Shown in pieces: positions 18,860 through 28,099 of a stretch of 64,000 nt of DNA. Numbering within the stretch: the first letter of the stretch is position 1; every line of letters starts with the position of its first letter. The position numbers were made by a program, and so were the translations under genes. The stretch is from a bacterium (GTDB taxonomy: Bacteria; Bacteroidota; Ignavibacteria; UBA10030). The stretch is taken from assembly GCA_043803945.1 (NCBI GenBank), contig JAZDJN010000061.1:1-64000 (forward strand), read 5' to 3'. A model generated the notes under the pieces. That model worked only from the letters and a program-made list of their open reading frames with translations. It was not told the DNA's origin and did not search any database.

Positions 18860-20584
18860 TCAGTACCCTACCGCTTTCGCATCTGGATCGCGAGGATCTG
18901 CCGCACCTTCCCGAAGTCTGCTGCGCGGATCGATGACAATGCCATTCATTCGACCCATGCTTGAGGTCGCCTTTATCTTATGCCCCATTGCCTCAAGATC
19001 TTTTTGGAGTGTACTCTTTAAAAGACTTCGTTCAATGGTGAGAACATCCGGAAGCCATTGATGATGGATGCGTCCGGCATCGACCGCTTCGGCAATGTCC
19101 ATTTGAAAGTCGATCAAGTTAAGAACTACCTGGAAGACTGTATTGATGATTGTACGTCCACCGATTGAACCAATGCAAGCCCAAGGCTTTCCATTCTTCA
19201 CAAGTATGGTCGGTGTCATGCTGGAAAGCATCCGTTTCCCCGGCTCGACAAGATTGGGCATTGTACCGATCAATCCGGACGTATCGGTGACACCGGGAAC
19301 CGGATTAAAATCCCCCATCTCGTTGTTCAACACAATTCCGGTACCCTGCGCGACAATACGGGAGCCATACCAATACTCCAGCGTGTACGTGACGGATACC
19401 ATTGTCCCCTCAGCATCGACAACCGAGTAATGGGTCGTCTCATTGTTCTCATATGATTTCTCAAGGTCTTTCGGATTACTCGTTGATGCCTTCTCCAGGC
19501 TAATGCCGCGTCGGAGTTCTTCAGCATACTTCTTTGACGTCAATCGTTGTATCGGCATCCTCGGATTGAAATCAGGGTCACCGAGGAATTGAGCACGATC
19601 CCTGTATGCCCGCCGCATTGCCTCAGTGAGAAGATGGAGGTATGAATCGGAGTTATGCTTCATCGACTTCAGGTCATACCCTTCGAGGATATTCAACATT
19701 TCGAGTAAGGCAACTCCGCCCGAACTTGGCGGCGCCATCGAGAAAACATCGACTCCCCGGTATGTACCATGGAGCGGAACACGCTCGACCGCCTGGTACT
19801 GAAGAAGATCTTCTTCGGTAATGAGCCCCTTGTTCCGTTTCATATCAACGGCGATGAGCCTGGAAGTCTCACCTTTATAAAATCCGTCACGACCCTGCTG
19901 CTGGAGACGTTTCAGGGTTTTTGCAAGATCCGGCTGACGCCAGCGGTCACCTGCTTCGTACGGAATAGTATCCCGTTGAAAAAATATCTTTGCCGATGAA
20001 GGATACTTCTTAAAGTCCTTGCGCAAATTTCTGAAATCATTTCCCATTGCACGGCTCAACACGAAACCCTCCTCGGCTAACCGGAGAGCGGAAGCTGTGA
20101 CATCGTTCCAGGATTTCGTTCCATACTTTTTCAATGCAAGATCGAATCCCGCGACGGTACCGGGAACGCCAACCGAACGATATCCTTCATGATTGGAATC
20201 TTTACTATACTTACCCTTCGCGTCGATAAACATATTCTTGTGTACTGCCAGCGGCGCCTTCTCGCGAAAATCAATGGCAGTGGCTTTTCCCTCCTTCGTC
20301 ACTATCACCATAAACCCTCCACCGCCGATATTTCCAGCAGCCGGATGCACAACGGCCAGAGCAAGACCTGTTGCGACAGCGGCATCGATTGCATTTCCAC
20401 CATTGCGGAGCATTGCAACTCCGGCTTCAGAGGCCAGTGCGTGCGATGACACCACCATTCCCTTCTTTGATCGAACAGGGATTTTGGCTTGTGCGGTAAG
20501 CGAGAAAATTGTGAAACAGAGAAACACGGTAGAAAGGATCAGCGTGCGGGAAATTCGCGTCCAGTTCATAATGTTGTCCTGCAC
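18860..20584 (-). CDS. ggt: Gamma-glutamyltransferase (secreted)
   Basis: GGNAIDAAVA, AGNIGGGGF, DFREKAP, E|TTHYSV, LNNEMGDF, MLSSMTP, GAADPR. Confidence 0.95.
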   Translation of the reverse strand: MQDNIMNWTRISRTLILSTVFLCFTIFSLTAQAKIPVRSKKGMVVSSHALASEAGVAMLRNGGNAIDAAVATGLALAVVHPAAGNIGGGGFMVIVTKEGKATAIDFREKAPLAVHKNMFIDAKGKYSKDSNHEGYRSVGVPGTVAGFDLALKKYGTKSWNDVTASALRLAEEGFVLSRAMGNDFRNLRKDFKKYPSSAKIFFQRDTIPYEAGDRWRQPDLAKTLKRLQQQGRDGFYKGETSRLIAVDMKRNKGLITEEDLLQYQAVERVPLHGTYRGVDVFSMAPPSSGGVALLEMLNILEGYDLKSMKHNSDSYLHLLTEAMRRAYRDRAQFLGDPDFNPRMPIQRLTSKKYAEELRRGISLEKASTSNPKDLEKSYENNETTHYSVVDAEGTMVSVTYTLEYWYGSRIVAQGTGIVLNNEMGDFNPVPGVTDTSGLIGTMPNLVEPGKRMLSSMTPTILVKNGKPWACIGSIGGRTIINTVFQVVLNLIDFQMDIAEAVDAGRIHHQWLPDVLTIERSLLKSTLQKDLEAMGHKIKATSSMGRMNGIVIDPRSRLREGAADPRDPDAKAVGY

Positions 20585-20641
20585 ATTTTATTACTCAAGC
20601 TATGTAAAAGGTATTTTGAGTACTCGGATTTTAATGGACTC

Positions 20642-20718
20642 TACCGCGAAGAATGCAAAGGATGTTCAAATACAATCAGCTTCTTTTCTTTTGGCGACCT
20701 TGGCGTCATGGCGGTTTA
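20642..20718. repeat. Degenerate ACCGCGAAG...CTTGGCG-type extragenic palindrome
   Basis: accgcgaagaatgcaaag ... cttttggcgaccttggcgtcatggcggt forms an imperfect inverted repeat. Confidence 0.45.
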
Positions 20719-20737
20719 TTTTATTTGCAGTTGGTCA

Positions 20738-20793
20738 TAAAAATGCCTCGTCGTGACTATGCTCCGGAGAACAAGGGAATCGACCGACGAGGC
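20738..20793 (-). terminator. Putative terminator after ssb
   Basis: gcctcgtcg/cgacgaggc stem with a large loop, followed by ATTTTT on the minus strand. Confidence 0.45.
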
Positions 20794-20807
20794 TTGTTAC
20801 ATCTGCA

Positions 20808-21227
20808 TTAAAATGGCAAATCATCCGATTTGCCGCCAGCCGGTTCTTCTGAGGGTGGTGCCGTATACTCAGAACCTCCACCGGATGATCCGCGGCTGTC
20901 GAGCATCACCAATTCGTCCATGACGATCTCGGTGACATAGCGCTTGACACCATTTTTGTCGTCATAGTTACGGTATTGGATCCGCCCTTCCATGTAAATT
21001 TTGCTTCCCTTTTTTAAATACTCACCGCACACTTCGGCAAGCTTTCTCCAGACAACGATGTTATGCCACTGTGTTCGTTCCTGGACATTGCCTTCGGGAT
21101 CTTTCCATGACTCATTCGTCGCAAGCGAGAATGTTGCTACCGCCACACCGCTGTTGGTATAACGCAGCTCCGGATCTTTTCCAATGTGGCCGATGAGGAT
21201 TGCCTTGTTGATACTTCTGGATGCCAT
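20808..21227 (-). CDS. ssb: Single-stranded DNA-binding protein
   Basis: SINKAILIGHIGKDPELRYT, TQWHNIV, YLKKGS, C-terminal DDLPF. Confidence 0.98.
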   Translation of the reverse strand: MASRSINKAILIGHIGKDPELRYTNSGVAVATFSLATNESWKDPEGNVQERTQWHNIVVWRKLAEVCGEYLKKGSKIYMEGRIQYRNYDDKNGVKRYVTEIVMDELVMLDSRGSSGGGSEYTAPPSEEPAGGKSDDLPF

Positions 21228-21338
21228 AATCTCTCCTCCTCCCTGAAGGTTATTGTATTATTTCTAAATTCAAATGAACTGCAGAAAGAAATTAAAATAA
21301 AACAGATTGAATGTCAAGAATGCTGCCCGCATTGAATG

Positions 21339-22706
21339 TTACCGGAGAAATCGCTCCCATTCCTGATCCATTAATTCGCCGCGCTTCGTCGAGTTGACAA
21401 GGAGATATTCGCCAAATCCGGAACGATCCACAAAGATAAACTGGACACCCCCTTCGATACTGTAGTATTGCCAGGTCTCATAGGGCTTGTTATTATCGCT
21501 TGATGGATACCGTTCGATATGGTCAGGTTCTGAATAGAGGATAAACACACGCCCGCGGTCGGTCGACCAGCCCTCCTTCGACATTGCACGGAAACGCTGG
21601 TTTGCTGCAACGACCCGCTGCATATATTGCGACCGTGTAAGCGCCGGTTTTCCGTCACGGCCGGTTTCAACTGCAACCCAGAAATTGGCAAGAAATTCTC
21701 TTCGCCCTTCCAGTGAGGTAATCTCAGAAAACGTCTTCGTATCCTGAGTTGTTGCCACATACTGTGCCCGGCGGAACTCCGCCGCCAGTTCCTCGGTGGT
21801 CAATCCGGCAAGTTCACTCGCTTTGATCGAAGCCGGAGAGGCCTGCTGCGACTTGATATGCGGATTATAGATGAAAAATTTCTTGTCGGTTTGTGCATAG
21901 ACCTTGCCTGTACTATCGCCGAGTGTCAGTATCAGCTTATGCCTGCCTGAAGGCACGGAACCGACATTAATCGGGCCGGCTTCAACGGAATTTCGTGCGC
22001 CGTACTTCCGATCCCGGGAGAGGTCCTTGATGATCTTGCCGTCGTCAGCCATCAGTTGTGTTCGTACGCGATACGGTTTTCCCGGCTCCACGTTATACAC
22101 CTCCATATAGGAAAACATCACTGGCGACGTTGCCACGCCAAAGACCAGAGTGGGATTGGGAACAACGTCCAGAGCGTTTTTATAAAAGAGGTCCGTATTC
22201 GTGGTTGATTCCTTGATATTCGAGCAGAGCTCTATATCGCTGATTGAGGTGCCCATCTCCATTCGTTGTGAGTTCACCAGAAAAATCGCGCTGTCGCGCC
22301 GTGAGGGGATCAGCGAATCGTGGACGACGATAGAAACCTGGTATTCACCGAATGGAAGCGCGTAGCCGATCTGTGTGATATAGGTTGAACGAAACGATGG
22401 GCTGGCCGTATCGACAGCGGTGAGTGGAATATTCATCCACTTATTCACCACGGCAGTCTTGGACTCCGTACGCGTAACGCGCGTATGCATCTTGAGGAGG
22501 CCGTTGTACGATCCTTGACGAAACTCATAGGCAGCGAGCCTCGGATAAAATCCAAGATAGATTTCGAGATACGAAGTGGAATCGTTGTTCTGGAATCGGG
22601 CATAGTCAACATTCAGGACAAAGGCGCCCCTTGGAATCAGTTGCTGCGCCATGACCATGGAGAGGCTAAAGAAGAGGAAACTCACACCGATGCTAAGCCA
22701 TTTCAT
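21339..22706 (-). CDS. GWxTD domain-containing secreted protein
   Basis: Signal peptide; FLANFW...EGWSTDRGRVFILYSEPD...YETWQY...FIFVD. Confidence 0.9.
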   Translation of the reverse strand: MKWLSIGVSFLFFSLSMVMAQQLIPRGAFVLNVDYARFQNNDSTSYLEIYLGFYPRLAAYEFRQGSYNGLLKMHTRVTRTESKTAVVNKWMNIPLTAVDTASPSFRSTYITQIGYALPFGEYQVSIVVHDSLIPSRRDSAIFLVNSQRMEMGTSISDIELCSNIKESTTNTDLFYKNALDVVPNPTLVFGVATSPVMFSYMEVYNVEPGKPYRVRTQLMADDGKIIKDLSRDRKYGARNSVEAGPINVGSVPSGRHKLILTLGDSTGKVYAQTDKKFFIYNPHIKSQQASPASIKASELAGLTTEELAAEFRRAQYVATTQDTKTFSEITSLEGRREFLANFWVAVETGRDGKPALTRSQYMQRVVAANQRFRAMSKEGWSTDRGRVFILYSEPDHIERYPSSDNNKPYETWQYYSIEGGVQFIFVDRSGFGEYLLVNSTKRGELMDQEWERFLR

Positions 22707-22794
22707 TCATCAAACCTTTTCATTGTGTTCGGAGATAAGATACAATTTTTGTCGTCAATTAGAAAGTTGAACGGCGGGCATGGAGCCAGGATGC

Positions 22795-23664
22795 TTATTC
22801 CAACCATCGATATTTGAGGACTCGCCCTGCAGTGAGAAGATAGAGAGCGTTCCCTGCCATTTTCACATCGCGCAGAGATTCAGCCGGTAACAATTCTGGG
22901 AGATTAGAAATGGAAATTGCGGCACGCACTGCTCCCCGCTCATCATACCAGAGTAATTGCTGTTTAAGGGCAACGACGATCTGGTCCGAAGCAGTGTCAA
23001 AACCTACAGCGTCACGGAATAAGGGGCCCTCAATCGTCTGGATGAAGTTCCCCCACGGATCAAAGATGATAAGACGATTCGGCTCCAGTACCAAAATCCG
23101 ATCGGATTGATCGATGAGAATTTTGAGCGGCTGTGTCACTTTACCGCGCAAATCGTTGATCCCGCCGAACTCTCGTTCAAACCGATGCTGCGCATTGAAC
23201 TTCATCACTCTCGAATTTTCCGTATCAAGAATAACCATCTCTCCGCTGCGCGAAAGTGCTATTCCCCCCGGGTATCCAAACCGCGCTGGTGCAAAAGAGG
23301 TGTCCCTGGTAGAAAATGAAGAGATAAAATTCAGATCGCGATCGAATCGGGAAATGCGGTGATTGCCATAGTCGGCCACAAAAATATTGAGGCCATCAGA
23401 TGCCAGTCCGGTCGGTTTGTCGAACGAGGTGGCATCCCACCCCGCTCCGCCCACAATAAGGGGTTCCTCCCTGGGATCACGAAAGCGATAGAGAAGATTG
23501 CGGTCGGCATCGAAAATATAGAACCACTGCTGTGGTGTAATGAGAAGCCCGCTTGCGCTGGAAAACGATCCGAATGACGTACTAAAGGAGAGTACACTAT
23601 CGGGTGCCGCAGAGGCAGCACCCCATAGTGTCGAACTGAGAATTAGTGCAAGTACTGTTGCCAT
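22795..23664 (-). CDS. NHL-repeat (beta-propeller) secreted protein
   Basis: FDKPTGLASDGLNIFVADYGNHRISRFD, FGYPGGIA...ILDTENSRVMKF; signal peptide. Confidence 0.85.
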   Translation of the reverse strand: MATVLALILSSTLWGAASAAPDSVLSFSTSFGSFSSASGLLITPQQWFYIFDADRNLLYRFRDPREEPLIVGGAGWDATSFDKPTGLASDGLNIFVADYGNHRISRFDRDLNFISSFSTRDTSFAPARFGYPGGIALSRSGEMVILDTENSRVMKFNAQHRFEREFGGINDLRGKVTQPLKILIDQSDRILVLEPNRLIIFDPWGNFIQTIEGPLFRDAVGFDTASDQIVVALKQQLLWYDERGAVRAAISISNLPELLPAESLRDVKMAGNALYLLTAGRVLKYRWLE

Positions 23665-25004
23665 TGTTCGTCTTGTTGTTCACCGCGTTTTGTTGAGTGC
23701 ATGAGAATATAATCGCCAAAATTTCGTAAATCGATAAAAACAAAATAGACACCGTTTTCCAGAGATCGATAATGCCACACTTCGTGCGGTTTATTCCCTC
23801 CTGTACTCGGGAAATGTTCGATCTCGTCTGGTTGTCCAAAGAGCAAAAAGACCCTGCCACGATCGGTTCTCCAGCCCTCCTTACCCATAACACGAAATCG
23901 ATCATTGGCAAGCTGAATACGTTGAAAATAGGTTGCCCGCGTGATAGGAGCCGTACCGCGGTTTCCGTTCTCAATCTCATTCCACAGTTGGGCCAGGTAC
24001 TCCCGATGGCCTTCGGCGGAAGTAAGCGACTCGTATTTCTTTTTATCATCTTTGCTCAGGAGATAGCCAATTTGTCTATATTCCAAATTGAGTTCCTCTT
24101 CACTCAAGCCAGCGAACTCGGCCAATCGCGTGCCTGCACTAAAGCCCTTTTTTTGTTCCAAGCCGGGATTGTAAGCAAAAAACAATCTCTCCGAGTGGGC
24201 AATGGGCTTCCCCATTGTATCGGAAAGAGCATAGTGCATTCGATAGGGTGCGGAAGGAATATCACTCACATTGATCGCAAGGACATCCACCGTATTGCGT
24301 GTCCCAAATTTTCGTGTGCGAGTTTGCTCCTTGATCATTTTACCGTTTCGATCGAGTACGGATAACTTTTGATGATACACTGCTTCTGGAGAGAGATTGT
24401 ACAATTCTGAATAGACAAATGCTGCCGGTGAGTTCATCGCACCAAATACCATACTGGGATTGTCCAGCACTCTGTAGGAGTTTTTATAGAAAACATCTTC
24501 CTTGTTCTCGGAGGCTTGAATGCTGGAAGAGAGTTCGAGATCACTGATATAGGTCTCTGTTTTTGGAGTTTCGATTTCAATTTTAAATCCAAGACTGTCT
24601 TTGCGCCTGGGGGTCAGGGAATCAATCGCCATTATCGAAAAAAGATAGGAGCCTTTTGAAAGCGTATATCCTGTTTTCGACAGGAATGGAGTTATGGTAT
24701 TCGCGATTGTGGTATCCGGTATTCGCACGTGTACCATAATTCGATCGATAGCCGTGATGGTATCCGCCTCCAACGATTTGATCATGAGTCGAACATCTGC
24801 CGTCCCGGAAAATCCGTTCTTATCATGCATCAAGCTCAATAATCCCGGATAGAGAGCAATCGAAACCTCAAGATACACCTGCGTCTCATTGTACCGAAAG
24901 CGATTGTAGGCTGAGTTTAAGACAAAAGCACTGCTCGGAACATATTTGTCTTGTGCCGTAAGTCCAACAGTAATAAAGCAGAGCAGAACAACAAATTTCT
25001 TCAT
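23643..25004 (-). CDS. GWxTD domain-containing secreted protein (paralog)
   Basis: Start MKKFVVLLC after GGAGG; EGWRTDRGRVFLLFGQPDEIE...HEVWHY...FVFID. Confidence 0.9.
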   Translation of the reverse strand: MKKFVVLLCFITVGLTAQDKYVPSSAFVLNSAYNRFRYNETQVYLEVSIALYPGLLSLMHDKNGFSGTADVRLMIKSLEADTITAIDRIMVHVRIPDTTIANTITPFLSKTGYTLSKGSYLFSIMAIDSLTPRRKDSLGFKIEIETPKTETYISDLELSSSIQASENKEDVFYKNSYRVLDNPSMVFGAMNSPAAFVYSELYNLSPEAVYHQKLSVLDRNGKMIKEQTRTRKFGTRNTVDVLAINVSDIPSAPYRMHYALSDTMGKPIAHSERLFFAYNPGLEQKKGFSAGTRLAEFAGLSEEELNLEYRQIGYLLSKDDKKKYESLTSAEGHREYLAQLWNEIENGNRGTAPITRATYFQRIQLANDRFRVMGKEGWRTDRGRVFLLFGQPDEIEHFPSTGGNKPHEVWHYRSLENGVYFVFIDLRNFGDYILMHSTKRGEQQDEQWQQYLH

Positions 25005-25083
25005 CCTTACTTCCTCCAATTATGTTTCGTTATCGCATACCGCCAATTCTTCTCCTCGATCGATCGCCGGGAATGGCGCTCTT

Positions 25084-27375
25084 CTAATTCGAGAGAAGAT
25101 TGCAGAACAATTTATAGGCTTCAGTATGCAATAGTTCTAGCTGCTGTTCAAGATTTATGGTACTAAACACCATTATTCCATGTCCAATAGAAAACTCAAT
25201 TACTAAGGGAAGCCGGCCATCGCAGGCTGCGAGCAGGGCTTTAGCATCTGGTGCCAGGGGATACAGCGCATGCCAGGCTTTGGCATAGCGCCACTCCTGC
25301 CACGTCCGGCTATCGAGTGCATAGGGCTTGTTCCGAACAGTCGATGTTGAATCAAGCCAGGTGATATCGCTTTCTACAGAGGTACCTTGATAAACCTGGA
25401 ATTTCACCCGCGCGGTTTCGAATGGAGTATTCGGCTCCATGATAACCGCCCGGCCTCCTTTCTCAATCCATGATTCAATCGTCGATTGATGGTGAGCACT
25501 CCAGCGTGAATAATCGATGCCGCGGTCAAAAAGTAATGTCGCAAATTCATGAATTTGGCTTATGAAATCCCCGGAGGGATCGAGTATTTCAAATTGTGCT
25601 CCTATCCTCTCGAGCGACTTTGCAAAAATACCTCGATTATCATTGGAGATCAAGCCAATGCGCTTTGTCGTATCAATAGATACATCGATACGTTTAACAG
25701 TAAAAGAATCTATCGCGCCGCGTAAACTTTTAAGATGAACCATCGTTGAGGGATTTGAGGGTTTCACATTCCACGGCAAGGGTACCAGCGCATCCGTCTG
25801 ATAATCCTTTCCGAACACGTTGATTTCAAACTTCCCTACCTGACAGAGAGAATCGTCGATCACCAGAGTGCCGCTCAGATTATCTCGTGATGCGCTAAAG
25901 AGCCGAAGCCCCATGGTTCTATCTCCCCAGGCAACGTTGGGAGTCGAAACCTGGATCGATGTAATCGGTGAATGAAGAAGCGGAACAGTATAGGTAGCAA
26001 TGAAACTCCGGAGAACCGATTGATCTTTATGGTAAAGGGAAAAGGTAAAATTTTCTCCTACTTTCCAGGAGTTTTTCCCATTGACATGAAGCGGATAGGT
26101 CATTTGAAGCTTATCCGGAGTTATAACCCTGAAAGTGTCGGGCTGGGTCACGTCCAGATAGTTCTTTGTTTTTTCATTGTAGAACCAATCGACACCATAA
26201 GTCGGCGTAAAGAGGATATAGAGAGGGCCGCCCTTCAGGATTGCAGGGTCAAGCTTATCGACCGTTACATAAAAGAGCTGTGCCTGAGCCAGTATGCTAT
26301 CGCTGACTGAAACAGTCAATCGTACATTGAGCAAACAGAAGTGTAACCGATCAAGATCCTGCTTCCATTGCGTCAGAATGGTTTTATCAAGAACAGAGAG
26401 CGTTCGGCTTTCTTTCACGAGAAGATAATCGAGCTGCCCGATCAAATCGACCACCAGTGAATCGAGTGAACTGCGCTTCATCGTTGGGCGAAGATTCTCT
26501 AGAACCGATTGGATCGGTGCGATCGCTGCAGTCGTTCGCTGAACACCTGACTCGAAGCGGCTCACGGATGATGCTGGCCCGGGAACGATTCGTTCATATC
26601 CGGCTGGATTTCGATCTCTCCCCTCCTTTGCGATATTGCGTGTCCGGTAATATTTAAGAGCCCTCTCGGCCACAGCGGCTGAAGATTTTGAAGGGATGAG
26701 AGTTGCACGCTGTTTGGATGAGGAATTTTCGCTCAGCCAAACCGATTGTGCATTCCAGGGTTGAAGATAGGTAGAGTCTTTTTCCGACCAGACAAGGTTT
26801 TTCTCCCGTGCTTTTATCAGCCCAAGCAAGAGAGATTTTTTGATATAATCCTGAACCAATTGTGCTTGATCGGCGGCGTGATGACGGATGGGCATGACGA
26901 TAATGACATGCGGTTTCAACCGCTGAATGGCTGTGGCAAAATAATTCTCAAGGCTATTTTCCCAGAGTGTATCGAGATCTTTCGTGGATCGTACCAATCC
27001 AGGGTCGGGCAGGTTGAGGAAATGTGCCGGGATATCCGACGCCTTCATAGCACGGTGTGCCTCCATCTTCCGCGTACCGCTAAGAAATGCCGCCGGTTCG
27101 TCACCGGTATCGACTGGAAGGGCTTCGCCATTCGTAATATAGAGGCCTTTTACTTTCCAACCACGATCGAAGCGGAGGGATGCGAGAAGCGGAAAATCCT
27201 CATCACCCGGACGCAGGGAGATGGTAAGAACGGTCAGACCGTTTTGCAAATCCTTAAGGATACCGCCGATTGCCTGAGGGCCGGGATTCGAGAATACGGT
27301 CTGGCTTTGGAGGTTCGATACAAACGAAAGAATAACGAGAATACCAACAGAATAAAAAGTATGTATTCGCTTCAT
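25084..27375 (-). CDS. PIG-L/LmbE deacetylase-like secreted protein with degenerate metal site
   Basis: VLTISLRPGDED (cf. AHPDDE), YITNGEA, RKMEAHRA, FLNLPDPG, IQRLKPHVII; C-terminal alpha/beta domain (WIEKGGRAVI). Confidence 0.7.
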   Translation of the reverse strand: MKRIHTFYSVGILVILSFVSNLQSQTVFSNPGPQAIGGILKDLQNGLTVLTISLRPGDEDFPLLASLRFDRGWKVKGLYITNGEALPVDTGDEPAAFLSGTRKMEAHRAMKASDIPAHFLNLPDPGLVRSTKDLDTLWENSLENYFATAIQRLKPHVIIVMPIRHHAADQAQLVQDYIKKSLLLGLIKAREKNLVWSEKDSTYLQPWNAQSVWLSENSSSKQRATLIPSKSSAAVAERALKYYRTRNIAKEGRDRNPAGYERIVPGPASSVSRFESGVQRTTAAIAPIQSVLENLRPTMKRSSLDSLVVDLIGQLDYLLVKESRTLSVLDKTILTQWKQDLDRLHFCLLNVRLTVSVSDSILAQAQLFYVTVDKLDPAILKGGPLYILFTPTYGVDWFYNEKTKNYLDVTQPDTFRVITPDKLQMTYPLHVNGKNSWKVGENFTFSLYHKDQSVLRSFIATYTVPLLHSPITSIQVSTPNVAWGDRTMGLRLFSASRDNLSGTLVIDDSLCQVGKFEINVFGKDYQTDALVPLPWNVKPSNPSTMVHLKSLRGAIDSFTVKRIDVSIDTTKRIGLISNDNRGIFAKSLERIGAQFEILDPSGDFISQIHEFATLLFDRGIDYSRWSAHHQSTIESWIEKGGRAVIMEPNTPFETARVKFQVYQGTSVESDITWLDSTSTVRNKPYALDSRTWQEWRYAKAWHALYPLAPDAKALLAACDGRLPLVIEFSIGHGIMVFSTINLEQQLELLHTEAYKLFCNLLSN

Positions 27376-27437
27376 AAGTCGGTTGTTGTGCTTCCGATTT
27401 GAATGTGTGCATTACACTGAATTTTTGCAAACCCATT

Positions 27438-27930
27438 GTGGACGAGTTGGCCCGCCTGCACTTACTTGCAACAGAAAGGACGGGCAGGCAACTTGTCCTA
27501 CATTTTAGATAATCCCTATTATTAAAAGGGACTGTGTAAATGACCGCCGTCAAAGACGGCAGCTTCAAAACAAAACACAAAGTCATTCCGTGATGCTTCA
27601 ACACGGAATCCAGATCAAAGAAATCATCTGATTGCTCATCTGCTATCAGGTCTCAAGACGTTCTCTCCTAAAGGCAAGAGAGGCATAGATAGATGTACAT
27701 AACTACCGTCAGAGACGTTGGGCTTCTATGCCTTACTAAAAAGCAAAAATTTAGACGTCACGAACCCCCGCCTGCCATAATAGGTTCAAATGAGGCGGGC
27801 AGCCTGCCTGCCGCAGGCAGGGACTTCGTGACGCAACAGGCAGAAAGCATTCAAATTTTATGTGTTACGGTATGGACCGTGACACCCATGTTTTACTTTT
27901 TAGACGACCCCCTGAAAAAGGGGGGTAAAA
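27438..27930. repeat. Cluster of several different REP-like palindromes, partly nested
   Basis: gtggacgagttg...caacttgtcctaca (27438-27502), gccgtc-aaa-gacggc (27546-27560), gtcattccgtg...cacggaatccag (27582-27613), cgtcacgaa...ttcgtgacg enclosing cctgcctgccgcaggcagg (27756-27833). Confidence 0.7.
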
Positions 27931-28033
27931 AAAATGGAGACCACTGTTTCTCTATCTGAATTACCAATGTTCAGCAACAGTTGCTACTCGGTAGAAAATT
28001 TGGCAATAAATGCTTTGAGAAACAAGCCGCCCT

Positions 28034-28075
28034 AAAAAAATAAAGAGGGGGCTGAGAATAATCTCAGTCCCCTCT
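28034..28075 (-). terminator. Intrinsic terminator after porV-like gene
   Basis: agagggggctgaga-ataa-tctcagtcccctct hairpin with a T-rich tail on the minus strand. Confidence 0.85.
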
Positions 28076-28099
28076 GATAACAGCGACTTCCGAAAAAAA

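Noticed and set aside
27534-27570. HEARO/omegaRNA or intact IS200/IS605 element
   Set aside because: Only one end-like hairpin; no tnpA, tnpB or iscB ORF and no extended RNA structure.
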